A stretch of 64,000 bases of DNA, taken from Turneriella sp. (GTDB lineage: Bacteria; Spirochaetota; Leptospiria; Turneriellales; Turneriellaceae). The notes under the pieces are model-generated. The model did no database searches. It worked only from the letters and a program-made list of their open reading frames with translations, and was not told the origin of the DNA. The position numbers were made by a program, and so were the translations under genes. Below, one piece after another: positions 10,050 through 19,988 of this stretch. Location of the stretch: positions 2,752,001-2,816,000 of the forward strand of contig CBDIID010000003.1 of the NCBI GenBank assembly GCA_965279515.1, in the 5' to 3' direction. Each line of letters starts with the position of its first letter. The stretch's first letter is position 1.

Positions 10050-10948
10050 CAGGTGCCGTATTCTGACAGCAGCGCGTCGCGGGCAGCATCTGGCCGCCGT
10101 TGGTGCTGCGTACGCATGGATTTTGACCGCCAGGGTGGAATAAAAACCGAAAGCACATACGTGCGAATGATGTACCAGACGAGGCTGCGTTCGATGAGGC
10201 GCGGATCGATCTTTCCGGCGATCTTGGCATGCGCTTCAGCTAACTGGCTCCAGTGCAGGCTCATCTGCTCGTGGTGAGCGGTATGAAATCCTGCATTCAG
10301 TAACAGCCTGCTGCCGATACCCGTAAAATTGCGCGAATGATTCAGCGCCGAATCTTCGTCACAGTGGACGTGTTGCATATAATTCACCATCAGCACGGCG
10401 ATGACTGAAAATTGCGACGGTATAATGATACAATAGAGTGCTTTCTTCCAGTCGAGCAGCAATGCGCCGCCCATCCAGGTAATCCAGATTGCGTATTCGC
10501 TGATATAGAAAAAGAAACGCGCTTTATCGTTTCTCCAGGCATGCTTCAGAAACTGGCTGGTGGGTGTCTGCTGGTAGATGGCGCTGATCACCGGATAGGT
10601 CAGAAGCGTAAATAGATTGTTGGCCTCGGAAAAGCGCCAGGTAATCGTATAATCGCCGTCCTTATTCCCGAAACGGTGGTGATTCAGGTTATGCGTCGGA
10701 ATCCATGCGTAGACGGGAAAGCCGTAGAAAAGTGTCAGCCAATAATCGGTCAGCCGGTTCAGCAACGGACTCTTCCACATGTTGTTGTGGTTATGGTTAT
10801 GGGCCATGGCAAAACAGGGCGCGGCCATCAGCATTGCGGCCACGAACAAATAAATATTAAATTCGGGAAGGGACCAGTGCCAAACCAGAATACCCGTGGT
10901 CAGAATCATATAAAACACCGAAAGCAAATCGGCTTTAAAGCGTAACAT
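10049..10948 (-). CDS. Fatty acid desaturase
   Basis: His boxes HNHNH, HNLNHH, HTAHH; ATG 10948 with AGGAGG RBS. Confidence 0.88.
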   Translation of the reverse strand: MLRFKADLLSVFYMILTTGILVWHWSLPEFNIYLFVAAMLMAAPCFAMAHNHNHNNMWKSPLLNRLTDYWLTLFYGFPVYAWIPTHNLNHHRFGNKDGDYTITWRFSEANNLFTLLTYPVISAIYQQTPTSQFLKHAWRNDKARFFFYISEYAIWITWMGGALLLDWKKALYCIIIPSQFSVIAVLMVNYMQHVHCDEDSALNHSRNFTGIGSRLLLNAGFHTAHHEQMSLHWSQLAEAHAKIAGKIDPRLIERSLVWYIIRTYVLSVFIPPWRSKSMRTQHQRRPDAARDALLSEYGT

Positions 10949-11117
10949 AAGCCTCCTATAAAGATAAATCCATCGATTTATCTTTATTTGCCTGAGTGAG
11001 AGATCCAAACAACGCGTCAATTCCCGAACACGTCGCTGAAAGCGGCTTTAAATATGGATTAAAGGATAAATATCTCTTATTTTGATCGACAGAGTATTTC
11101 CTTGGGATGTTTAGCCC

Positions 11118-12248
11118 ATGGCTATATCTGGTACGCTTGAAGCACTCAATATCGGCGCCGAATTCCAGGAGTCCTTGAAACAGTTCTGGATCAAGAACGC
11201 CCTCAAGCTCGACATTCCCGTCATTGACCTGCAACATGTTTGGCTTGTTTATCTCATTATGGAGCTCGAGAAGACAAATCACGGAGCGCCTGAAGAAGAA
11301 TTTCCCGAAGAAGATATTCTCAGGATCATGGGCGACCTGCTGGCCTTCGCCGCCGAACACTTCAGCGTCGAAGAAGATTTGTTCATGGCGTTTGAACTAC
11401 CCGAGGCGCTGGAGCACACCGACCGGCACCGTAACTTCGTGCAGTTCTTATCGCAACGCGCCAGTGAGGTAAAAGCCGGACAACGTGAATCCGTGAAGGT
11501 TCTGATCTCGTTCCTCAAGGATTGGCTGACGATGCACATTCTTAAGGACGACAAACATTATGCGGATTTCTACCGTGATAGTGGAGTAAACCTGAAACAA
11601 TATTTTCAGCGCCAGATCGAAAAACACGCTCTCACGATAGACCGCGGCCAGGTTGCTGTCTATAAACTCGTTTCAGAATCCGACGAAGTACGCGAAATCG
11701 TCAACGACAACATCACAAGTAACGTCATCAAAATATGGAATGCAAACCACCTGAACCTGCATATTCCTATCATCGATTTGCAGCACCTGTGGTTGATCCA
11801 TTTAGTTGTCGAGCTCGATCTCGCGAGCCGTAGCCGCAATATGGGTAGTTCTGCGCGTGAAAAAATTTTCCAGCGCGTCGTACAGGGAGCCGTGCAATAT
11901 GCTCAGGAACATTTTTCAACAGAAGAGCGCATTATGCAGAAGTTTGCTTTCCCGGGTGTGCAGGCACACATTAAACAGCATGACGCCTTTCGTGAGTTTG
12001 TTGCACGCCGTGCCCAGCAGTACCGCCAGGGAGATTCACAAGCGGCGATTAAGTTAGTCCAAGATTTGCGTGATTGGCTGCTTTCGCATATCGCGATAGA
12101 GGACCATAAGATACATCTGCACCTGCGTACTCACCTGAACGAAGTACAGAAATACGTGCGCGAGCTGATCAATTCAGGTGAGATAGCGATACGTAAGTCG
12201 CAGGTTGAGCTCTATAACCAGGTCTGCGGTCTGCAGCGCGTAGAGTAA
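11118..12248 (+). CDS. Tandem two-domain bacteriohemerythrin
   Basis: Two copies of IDLQH / HFSxEE / HxxxH / DWLxxHIxxxD. Confidence 0.9.
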   Translation: MAISGTLEALNIGAEFQESLKQFWIKNALKLDIPVIDLQHVWLVYLIMELEKTNHGAPEEEFPEEDILRIMGDLLAFAAEHFSVEEDLFMAFELPEALEHTDRHRNFVQFLSQRASEVKAGQRESVKVLISFLKDWLTMHILKDDKHYADFYRDSGVNLKQYFQRQIEKHALTIDRGQVAVYKLVSESDEVREIVNDNITSNVIKIWNANHLNLHIPIIDLQHLWLIHLVVELDLASRSRNMGSSAREKIFQRVVQGAVQYAQEHFSTEERIMQKFAFPGVQAHIKQHDAFREFVARRAQQYRQGDSQAAIKLVQDLRDWLLSHIAIEDHKIHLHLRTHLNEVQKYVRELINSGEIAIRKSQVELYNQVCGLQRVE

Positions 12249-12267
12249 TAATTCAAAAGGCGGTAAA

Positions 12268-12513
12268 TCAGGTCTTGGGAATCTCAACGCGCGGTGGTGC
12301 GGTGCAGACATTCTTTTCGCCGGCCTTACTGCACGTGTGATGCCTCTGGCATTCGTCTGAGGTTTTACATTCGGCGCCAGCCTTCTTCTTTTTCGTATCG
12401 GGTGCAGGTTCCATGAGGGCATCCGCGGCCTGTATTGGCGCGCCCGCATAGGCGCTGGTGACGCAAAGGACCAGGCCTGCGATCATGACGATTCTTGTGA
12501 GTTTGTTTAGCAT
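12268..12513 (-). CDS. Small secreted 4-Cys peptide (paralog 2)
   Basis: ATG 12513 with GGGAG RBS; signal peptide ending AYA; CKTSDECQRHHTCSKAGEKNVC. Confidence 0.8.
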   Translation of the reverse strand: MLNKLTRIVMIAGLVLCVTSAYAGAPIQAADALMEPAPDTKKKKAGAECKTSDECQRHHTCSKAGEKNVCTAPPRVEIPKT

Positions 12514-12547
12514 AGTTATTCTCCCGGACAACGCGGATAATCCCCGG

Positions 12548-12790
12548 TTACGTGGGTGGAACAGGTAGTGGCGAGACTGTACAGACATTCTTTTCGCCGG
12601 CCGGACTGCAGATATAATGCCTTGGGCATTCGGTAGAGACCTTACATTCTTCACCGGCTTTTTTCTTTTTCGGATCGGGCGCCGATTCAATAGCTTCAGC
12701 CGCAGGTTTCATGGGCGGACCGGCAAATGCACCGGCGGCAACAAAGACCAAGGTCGAAATCAGGATATTTCTGGTTATCTTGTTCTTCAT
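12548..12790 (-). CDS. Small secreted 4-Cys peptide (paralog 1)
   Basis: AGGAG RBS; signal peptide ending AFA; CKVSTECPRHYICSPAGEKNVC. Confidence 0.8.
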   Translation of the reverse strand: MKNKITRNILISTLVFVAAGAFAGPPMKPAAEAIESAPDPKKKKAGEECKVSTECPRHYICSPAGEKNVCTVSPLPVPPT

Positions 12791-12914
12791 GGTTCATTCT
12801 CCTAAGGAAAAGCTACAGGGCATTCGACGATTCTAAAGGCGTATTGGGTCAATTTAATTTCCCTTTAGCAAGAACTTACAAGTCAAAACGAGCCAGCAGC
12901 AATATACTCCAGCT

Positions 12915-13778
12915 ATGGAAAACCGTAACGGCACCAATCCTGTTCGCACCGATCGCGTCATGGTGGAAGATACCTCCATCTACTACCGGACCAGCGGCAG
13001 CGGCACACCTTTACTGATGATACATGGTTGGCCTTTTCACGGTGAAACATGGTTGCCCGTGGCCAGCATCCTGAGCAAAAAATTCCGATGTTATGTCGTC
13101 GATCTGCCGGGTCTTGGTCTAAGTCAACATACCGATAAGACGGATTTCTCCTTCACTGCACACGCGCGACGATTGAAGAAATTTGCCGCGCAGGTGATTG
13201 GCGGCGATTATTTCTGCATCGCGCATGATACGGGCGCAACGATTGCCCGCTATCTCGCGCTTGAGGATCCGGCGATGCAAAAGCTGGTGATGCTTAATAC
13301 GGAGATCCCCGGGCACCGGCCACCATGGATCGAGGCGTTTCAAACATCGATGAAACTACCCGGCTCACGCTTCGTTTTCCGGACTTTAATCCAGCAGCAG
13401 GCATATCTCGAAAGCAGCGCAGGGTTTGGCGGATGTTTTTTTGACAAAACGCGCCTGGATGCAGATTTCAAGAGTGCGTATGTCACTCCGCTTGTCGCTG
13501 ACAGCAAGCGTATGGATGGCGTTGTGCGCTATCTCCAGGGTATCGATTTTAAGCTCGTAGACAAGCTCAGGGAATTGCACCGCCAAATTACGATTCCTGT
13601 GGAATTTATCTGGGGTGCGGATGATCCCACTTTTCCCGAAACCAACGCGCGCGGAATGCTGGATCAATTTCCGGGGCCTGTCGCATTTCATTCTATTCCC
13701 AACGCACGCCTGATGCTGCATATGGAGCACCCCGGGTTGGTTGCACAGAAAGCCGAAAACTTTTTGCTAAATCGATAA
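12915..13778 (+). CDS. Alpha/beta hydrolase, epoxide hydrolase/dehalogenase-like
   Basis: HGWP oxyanion motif, DLPGLG.S, Asp nucleophile AHDTG, WGADD. Confidence 0.85.
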   Translation: MENRNGTNPVRTDRVMVEDTSIYYRTSGSGTPLLMIHGWPFHGETWLPVASILSKKFRCYVVDLPGLGLSQHTDKTDFSFTAHARRLKKFAAQVIGGDYFCIAHDTGATIARYLALEDPAMQKLVMLNTEIPGHRPPWIEAFQTSMKLPGSRFVFRTLIQQQAYLESSAGFGGCFFDKTRLDADFKSAYVTPLVADSKRMDGVVRYLQGIDFKLVDKLRELHRQITIPVEFIWGADDPTFPETNARGMLDQFPGPVAFHSIPNARLMLHMEHPGLVAQKAENFLLNR

Positions 13779-13803
13779 GCGTCGCTTCTTCGCGGCGCGA
13801 CTT

Positions 13804-14406
13804 TCAGGCCAAGTGATTTTTTATCAGCGGTAGAATTTCCGCGGGCCGGTCGTGCACAAAGGAATGATCGCCGCCGGGTATGACGTGTAGGCTTGCATTG
13901 GGCAATAGCTGTGAAAGGCGCTGCCCCACGGCAACGGGGCTGATGGGATCGCTCTCGCCCCAAAGCAAAAGAGTGGGATGATGTACCTTGTGCAATTCAT
14001 TGTCGTAGTGCGGTCTCGTTTCCATAATCCAGGATGAGGCTTCAGGGTATTCCCGCCGGTATTCAGGCCGCCAGTCGGCTGCACCCAGCGCCGAGATATC
14101 TATGCCGCCCGCGGTGACAGCAAGCACCAATCGCCGGATCTTCCTGGGATAATTCAGCGCGACGCGCAGGGCAACAGCGCCGCCCATCGATTGAGCCAGC
14201 AAATCCACGGGGTCATCACCCAGGTTATCTTCTGCCATCTTTACAATATCAGCAAAACTATCGATGCCAGGCTTCGGAGGTTGATGGCCAATGCCCGGCC
14301 AGCCGAAATAGTGTTTCTGCCACTCTGCGGGCAGCAGGTTACCCAAAGGCTGCCAGAACAGGGGGTCGGCTCCTGCGCCAGGCAAAAACAGCAGGCGGTG
14401 CTTCAT
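13804..14406 (-). CDS. Alpha/beta hydrolase
   Basis: AQSMGG nucleophile, WGESD, GGDH. Confidence 0.85.
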   Translation of the reverse strand: MKHRLLFLPGAGADPLFWQPLGNLLPAEWQKHYFGWPGIGHQPPKPGIDSFADIVKMAEDNLGDDPVDLLAQSMGGAVALRVALNYPRKIRRLVLAVTAGGIDISALGAADWRPEYRREYPEASSWIMETRPHYDNELHKVHHPTLLLWGESDPISPVAVGQRLSQLLPNASLHVIPGGDHSFVHDRPAEILPLIKNHLA

Positions 14407-14526
14407 GACTGCGCCACTCTACGGGCAGACGAGTCTTCGGCAAAGTGTTTTCACCTGCTCGCAGGCCCTGCCTTTGACGGGTTGCCTGGGAGATAGTGGG
14501 TTAAACACCCTACTCATCACAACACC

Positions 14527-14979
14527 ATGACGGATTTGGAAATAATGAAGATAGCCTTTGAAGAAGCGAAGATAGCTTTTGATCGGGGAGAGTATCCCGT
14601 TGGCGCAGTTCTGGTGGAGAACGACCAGATTATCGCCAAAGCCGGCAACCGCTCCATTTTGGATTCAGACCCAACAGCGCACGCGGAAATTCTCGTCATT
14701 CGGGAAGGCTACAAGAAACTCGACAGAAAAAGCCTGAGACATTGCACTCTGTATACAACTCTGTTCCCTTGCCCCATGTGCGAAAAAACAATCGTAGAGG
14801 TCGGCATTCCCAGAGTTGTATTTGGGGCCACCACTTTCAAATGGATCCGGGAATATAAATACGTGAACCTCATACCGACAATCGCAGGACCAATTATGGA
14901 GGAAGAATCCCGTGCTCTCTTTCAGAAGCGTTTGGAAGAAAATGGTCGCGACGATATCCTCTCCTACGAAAGCCAATGA
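14527..14979 (+). CDS. Zn-dependent nucleoside/nucleobase deaminase (TadA/GuaD-like)
   Basis: PVGAVLV, DPTAHAE, PCPMC. Confidence 0.85.
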   Translation: MTDLEIMKIAFEEAKIAFDRGEYPVGAVLVENDQIIAKAGNRSILDSDPTAHAEILVIREGYKKLDRKSLRHCTLYTTLFPCPMCEKTIVEVGIPRVVFGATTFKWIREYKYVNLIPTIAGPIMEEESRALFQKRLEENGRDDILSYESQ

Positions 14980-16139
14980 AAGCACATCTGTTGAATTTTG
15001 ACCCGACGCACTTTATGCGTAACCACTGGCAGCAAAAACCGCTCTTTGTGAAAAATGCGCTTGCCGCGGATTTTATCCAGCTGCGCCCCGCAGATTTGTT
15101 TAAGCTGGCGCACCGGCCTGAGGTGGAATCGCGATTCATCTCGCGGAAAAATGTGCGAAACCACTGGCGCTACCGCGCGGACGACGGCCCTTTTGAAAAA
15201 CACAAACTCGCCGCGTACAAAACAAAACCCAACTGGACATTGTTAGTGCAAAGAGTGAACGAGTGGCTGCCGCGCGTCGACTTATTCTTTGAATATTTCA
15301 AATTTATCGCGAACTGGCGCATCGATGATATCATGATCAGCTATGCGACACCCGGTGGAACCGTGGGCCCCCACCTCGACAATTACGACGTATTCCTATG
15401 CCAGCTTCAGGGCAACCGCACCTGGCAATATAGCCGTCGCGCATCTAAAGAAGAAAGACTTGAAACCGGCCAACCAGTGCGCCTGCTTACAGATTTCAAA
15501 AATGACTCTGTGGTCGTCGCTCGCCCGGGCGATATGCTCTATATCCCCCCGAAATTTGCGCATTACGGTATTGCTGACACTGAATCGATCACGGTTTCGG
15601 TCGGTTTTCGCGCTCCCCAGGTCAGGCAACTGATGGGTATCCTCCTGGATGGGGTCATGTCACAGTCAGGGGAACAATTCTATGGCGACAAAGGCGCAGG
15701 CATCGCGGGAAATCCCGGCCAATTGGATGAACAGGCGCTTAAGAAATTATTTTTGCTGGGAAAATCAGCTTTGGCATCGGGTACCCGGAACCTGAAAATG
15801 GAAACACTCAGCGATACTTTGCTGAGCGATCTGTCCGCCACGCCGAATGCACAGATTGCACGGCGAAAAAAAACCGCCTTAAGTGAGTTTAAATCACGTT
15901 GGCAGGGACAATCCCTGCAGCGCAACCCGCGGAACCAGTATTTTTACCGCGTGGGCCGCGGCGGCGTGATCTTATATGCGGCAGGCGAAAGTTTTACGCT
16001 ACCAGCAAGTCTTGAGGCCGCGGTCGCCGATTTTTGCAATACGCGGATTTTTACCTGCACACCCGCGCGACTCAAGACGCGCGCGCTGGCTTTTTGGCAT
16101 GAAATGTATGCGCTGGGTTTTGTATTTTTTCAGAAATGA
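14976..16139 (+). CDS. roxA: JmjC/cupin-4 ribosomal protein hydroxylase (RoxA/YcfD-like)
   Basis: F..HWQQKPL, WTLLVQ, WRIDDIMISYA..GG.VGPH.D.YDVFL.Q, PGDMLYIPP..AHYG. Confidence 0.85.
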   Translation: MKAHLLNFDPTHFMRNHWQQKPLFVKNALAADFIQLRPADLFKLAHRPEVESRFISRKNVRNHWRYRADDGPFEKHKLAAYKTKPNWTLLVQRVNEWLPRVDLFFEYFKFIANWRIDDIMISYATPGGTVGPHLDNYDVFLCQLQGNRTWQYSRRASKEERLETGQPVRLLTDFKNDSVVVARPGDMLYIPPKFAHYGIADTESITVSVGFRAPQVRQLMGILLDGVMSQSGEQFYGDKGAGIAGNPGQLDEQALKKLFLLGKSALASGTRNLKMETLSDTLLSDLSATPNAQIARRKKTALSEFKSRWQGQSLQRNPRNQYFYRVGRGGVILYAAGESFTLPASLEAAVADFCNTRIFTCTPARLKTRALAFWHEMYALGFVFFQK

Positions 16140-16585
16140 AATCCCGCATATACACGACAACATGGCAGCACGATGGCGCACGGCTGGGGGCTTTGAGACG
16201 GGAAGTTTTTGTCGTCGAACAGGAAGTTCCCGAAGAATTGGAATGGGATGAACATGATACGGCAGCAATTCACTTTGCCTGCGAAGATGGTTCGCCGGGT
16301 ATTATCATTGCTACTGCGCGTCTCGTCATCGATACAGAATCTAACAAGGCGACAATCGGCCGCCTTTGTGTGGAAAGTAAATTCAGACGTCAGAAGCTGG
16401 CAACGCGGTTGATGCAGACGATTCTACAATATTGTGAGGACCGAAAATTTAAGATCATCGAGCTGCATGCCCAGCTCTATCTGAAAGCGTTCTATGAAAG
16501 CTTCGGTTTTTTTTCCCGAGGTGGTATTTACCGGGAAGCGAATATCGAACACATAACGATGGTAATGCAGCACGGCGAATACTAA
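16136..16585 (+). CDS. GNAT N-acetyltransferase (ElaA-like)
   Basis: LRREVFVVEQ.VP..LEWD, IGRL.V, LHAQ, FYE.FGF. Confidence 0.88.
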   Translation: MKSRIYTTTWQHDGARLGALRREVFVVEQEVPEELEWDEHDTAAIHFACEDGSPGIIIATARLVIDTESNKATIGRLCVESKFRRQKLATRLMQTILQYCEDRKFKIIELHAQLYLKAFYESFGFFSRGGIYREANIEHITMVMQHGEY

Positions 16586-16595
16586 GTGATTGAAA

Positions 16596-17267
16596 ATGAA
16601 AAATAATTTAGTGACCAAACGAGCAACGGCAAAACTGAGCCTAAAAACTGAAGCCAAAGAAGTTCTCAAACGGAGTACCTTGAAAGCGGTACCCGAGGAT
16701 CTGCTCAATCTTCTTGTTGAGCGGGGAATATTTGCGGAATTCACCCAAGGATCAGTGATAAACCAGCCTGGTGACCCCATTCGTGTTGCGCTTGTTCTCT
16801 CCGGAACGTTAAGAATCTACTATGAACACGATGATGGCAGGCAGTTGACTATTTGCCGACTGGGTGAAGGCGATCTGGCCGGAGCCGTCTCCGTGGCCTC
16901 CAAGATGAATTCACTATACGTGGCGGCCGAAGGCCACGTGAAGTTTTGGATTATTCCGCCCGATATCCTTGAAGAAGTTCTTCGTAAATTTCCACTGGCT
17001 TACCGAGCTATGGTCGATGAACTCGGCAGACATCTGGATAGCGTAGTCCAGGAATGGATTCTATTCGCATTCTCATCGGTTGAAAACCGCATATTACATT
17101 GGCTGGCACAAGTGACGGACAAGCAACGCTATATCAGGATATCGCAACAAGCCCTGGCTGATGAAATTGGCACCGTGCGGGAGGTAGTGACAAGAGCGCT
17201 GCGGCGTTTAAAAAACGAAGGGAAAATTGTGTCCGATAAATTTGGCATCAAACTGCCTGACTTGTGA
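16596..17267 (+). CDS. Crp/Fnr-family transcriptional regulator
   Basis: N-terminal cNMP-like barrel; HTH SQQALADEIGTVREVVTRAL. Confidence 0.88.
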   Translation: MKNNLVTKRATAKLSLKTEAKEVLKRSTLKAVPEDLLNLLVERGIFAEFTQGSVINQPGDPIRVALVLSGTLRIYYEHDDGRQLTICRLGEGDLAGAVSVASKMNSLYVAAEGHVKFWIIPPDILEEVLRKFPLAYRAMVDELGRHLDSVVQEWILFAFSSVENRILHWLAQVTDKQRYIRISQQALADEIGTVREVVTRALRRLKNEGKIVSDKFGIKLPDL

Positions 17268-17278
17268 CTAAAGTCACA
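17263..17278. promoter_or_regulatory. CRP-type operator TGTGA-N6-TCACA
   Basis: TGTGACTAAAGTCACA, a perfect consensus, overlapping the regulator stop codon and 56 bp before the next ATG. Confidence 0.8.
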
Positions 17279-17334
17279 TCCCCAGCGTGCTTACGGTCCT
17301 TGCGAAAGGGAAAAAAATATGCAACTTGCGGGGT

Positions 17335-18264
17335 ATGAAAAACAAACTTATTTTCACAACTCTCTTATTCACTTCATGTATCACGATGGGCGATCCGCCA
17401 CGTAAATCTGCGATGCTGCCAATGCAGCCTTCTCTTATTGAATGGCCGGAGGTTTTGAGGCGAAAAACACAGATTAACGATCTGCGGATTTTGAACACCG
17501 GGGCCGTGGAGGTTCCGTTATCCGGTATGCTGAATCTGAAAGATGCGCGAATGCAGGATGAAAAGGATCACCGTTTATTTGTCGATGTTTTGGCAATCTG
17601 GTTCTGCCACGCCGACCGCGGTTGCTTTCTGATCGATAGCGGACTTGACGAAAGTTTTCAACGCGGGGGTAATCTGCGCGGTTTGGTTTCCGGTAATTAC
17701 GTAAGTAGTACGAGGCAGGAAAAAGGTCAGGATATTTTTTCGCAACTGCAACAGATCCGTAAACCTCTGGCCGGTGTTTTTTTTACGCATCTTCACGGCG
17801 ATCACACCTCAGGCGTACCGGCACTGCCAAAGGGAATTGATTTCTACGTAGGGGCCGGAGAAAAATACATTAACTATTGGCTGCTCTACTATGGAAACCA
17901 CCTGGACGCGGTTGATAAGTTGTACGAAATAGATTCGGCCCAAGGTACAATATCGCCGATTCTGGGAAGAGTCGTGGATATTTTTGGCGATGGATCATTG
18001 TTTGCGATTCCAACGCCCGGGCATTCGAAGGCAAATCTTTCTTATCTGATGGTTACAGACCATGGCGCCTTTCTTTTCACCGGCGATGCCTCTCATACCT
18101 GCAGGGGCTTTACACTGGGCGTCGAACCAGGTTGGGCAGACGATCGCAAGCTTGCAATCGAGAGCCTGGAAAAGTTAAGGGCCTTCGCCAAATCATATCC
18201 AGAAGTGAAAGTAGTTTGCGGTCATGAAGATTCTGCTCTAAAACCAAATTGGCGTAGCAAATAG
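17335..18264 (+). CDS. MBL-fold metallohydrolase (AHL-lactonase-like), probable lipoprotein
   Basis: THLHGDH, TPGHS, GDA, GH; lipobox-like LFTSC. Confidence 0.85.
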   Translation: MKNKLIFTTLLFTSCITMGDPPRKSAMLPMQPSLIEWPEVLRRKTQINDLRILNTGAVEVPLSGMLNLKDARMQDEKDHRLFVDVLAIWFCHADRGCFLIDSGLDESFQRGGNLRGLVSGNYVSSTRQEKGQDIFSQLQQIRKPLAGVFFTHLHGDHTSGVPALPKGIDFYVGAGEKYINYWLLYYGNHLDAVDKLYEIDSAQGTISPILGRVVDIFGDGSLFAIPTPGHSKANLSYLMVTDHGAFLFTGDASHTCRGFTLGVEPGWADDRKLAIESLEKLRAFAKSYPEVKVVCGHEDSALKPNWRSK

Positions 18265-18343
18265 GCAGAGGAATGATAAAATGGCGGTAGTATTCGCGCG
18301 GAAATCCTGCCGTTAGTGCGCCGCGTAAGGTTTGAGCCTAAAA

Positions 18344-18754
18344 TCAAACATGGATAACAACCTGCGCCGCTGCCTTCTTTGGCAGGTGCGGGTTTTTGAC
18401 CCAAAGCGTTTTGAGGAATGCCTGTTTTTCCTTCTCGGGTAATTGCACGTCAAAAATCTTGCCGGTGGCACCGACCACAACGTGATCATGCTCTTCCGTA
18501 TTCGAGTCATAGAGCAACACATCACTGCGCGCCTGCACGGTTTTGAGAAGACCGTGCTCGACAAACAGGTTCAGTACGTTAAAAACAGTCGCACGGGAAA
18601 CACGGGAGAAATCCGCATTGACTTCTTTGAAAATCTCTTCGGCCGTAAAATGGCGGTGCTCGCCCAGCACATGCTTCGCAATCTCGAGCTTTTGCAGCGA
18701 GACGCGCAAACCCCGGGATTTGAGGAATTCGGCAATGTCTGCGGGCTTTTTCAT
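18344..18754 (-). CDS. Fur-family regulator (PerR/Irr-like, no CxxC)
   Basis: GLRVS.QK, HFTAEEI, SRATVFNVL, HDH. Confidence 0.85.
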   Translation of the reverse strand: MKKPADIAEFLKSRGLRVSLQKLEIAKHVLGEHRHFTAEEIFKEVNADFSRVSRATVFNVLNLFVEHGLLKTVQARSDVLLYDSNTEEHDHVVVGATGKIFDVQLPEKEKQAFLKTLWVKNPHLPKKAAAQVVIHV

Positions 18755-18830
18755 GGTTTGCCTTCGATTTCAATATAATGCGATACTTAGAGTTTGTCTA
18801 TTTTTAGATGAATGGAGACCCTGATTCTGC

Positions 18831-19988
18831 TTGACGGTTCGCTGCTTCGTCTTTAAATCCGCCACTTTGTGGAAGTACCTTGCAGCGATCTTTTCGCTCG
18901 CCCTGTTGCCTCTCACCGCCGCGCCGACCGTCAAACGCCTGCTGATCCTGAACCCGGTGAATGAAGGCAGTGAGGCGAATTCCTATATCGGCCCGTCTCT
19001 GGCCGACGCCTTGCGCACGGGCCTCGCCGAAAACTACTTCTTTATACATCCCGAAGCGGATGCCATCGAAGCGGTGCGCAAAGAAAATCTGATCCAGGAC
19101 GAAGACCTCTACACCAAATCTGCAGCGCTGCAAATGGGCGCATGGCTCAGGCAAGATCTTGTGCTGGGCGGCAAATACTCTGTCGCCGGCAACCGGTTGA
19201 AACTCAACCTCACGCTTTACGAAATCGAGACCGAAAAGGCCCTCCTCACTTTCAAAAGTGAGACCGCCATTTCGGCGAAAATGTTTGATACCTTTGCGAA
19301 AATCGCCGCTGACCTCGGCAAACAGATGGCTGAGGCGCTGCCATCGCAACAAGATCTCGCGGCGTCGGGTGGCAGATTTTACGATCCGGAAAAAGGCAAG
19401 CGCACCCTGTTGCTGAGTTTTGGTACGCGCGCCGCGGGTTTTGCCAAGACGAATGACAATCTCTCTTCAGGCACGACGGTTTCGACAGCTGAAGCACTCC
19501 ACTTCAATGCTGAGTTTGCCTATCAGCGTCACAATGCGGGTGAAATACTGAACCGCAAATATAAATGGCCCGTATTTGTGCAGTTCAGCCTGAACGGCGG
19601 CTATGCGAAAAAAAATTATGCGCGCGACGGGCAAAGTGTGCCCACACGGGTCATAGCTATAGAAGGATTGCCTTCTTTGGGTTATGCCTTCTCCCTACCG
19701 AAGGGCATCCGTCTTGAGCCCTATGCGGGTGTCGGCTTTGGTTATTCGAATTATAACTTTGATTATTCGGGGCTTGCCCGCAAACCTGTCGATACCAGTG
19801 CTGCACAGAGCGTTTCGGCACAGACGCTCGAGCAGTTTTATTTTTTCTCTCAGGCGGGCCTGATCGCCAAGTATGCCATCACACCGCGTTGGGCGGTGGT
19901 GTTCGCCCCATCTTTTTCGCTGTTTCATTTTTCTGACGGCGTGCAGGCCGAGCTCAACGCGAAAATCGGGGCGGGGTGGTACTTTTGA
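18831..19988 (+). CDS. TolB/CsgG-like N-domain plus C-terminal outer-membrane beta-barrel (module A)
   Basis: Signal peptide; RLLILNPVN..YIG.SLADAL..LVLGGKY; amphipathic strands ending KIGAGWYF. Confidence 0.7.
   Translation: MTVRCFVFKSATLWKYLAAIFSLALLPLTAAPTVKRLLILNPVNEGSEANSYIGPSLADALRTGLAENYFFIHPEADAIEAVRKENLIQDEDLYTKSAALQMGAWLRQDLVLGGKYSVAGNRLKLNLTLYEIETEKALLTFKSETAISAKMFDTFAKIAADLGKQMAEALPSQQDLAASGGRFYDPEKGKRTLLLSFGTRAAGFAKTNDNLSSGTTVSTAEALHFNAEFAYQRHNAGEILNRKYKWPVFVQFSLNGGYAKKNYARDGQSVPTRVIAIEGLPSLGYAFSLPKGIRLEPYAGVGFGYSNYNFDYSGLARKPVDTSAAQSVSAQTLEQFYFFSQAGLIAKYAITPRWAVVFAPSFSLFHFSDGVQAELNAKIGAGWYF

Noticed and set aside
18789..18802. Fur/PerR box upstream of the Fur-family gene (TAGA-N5-TCTA)
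   Set aside because: Only a 4-bp half-site; too weak without comparative data
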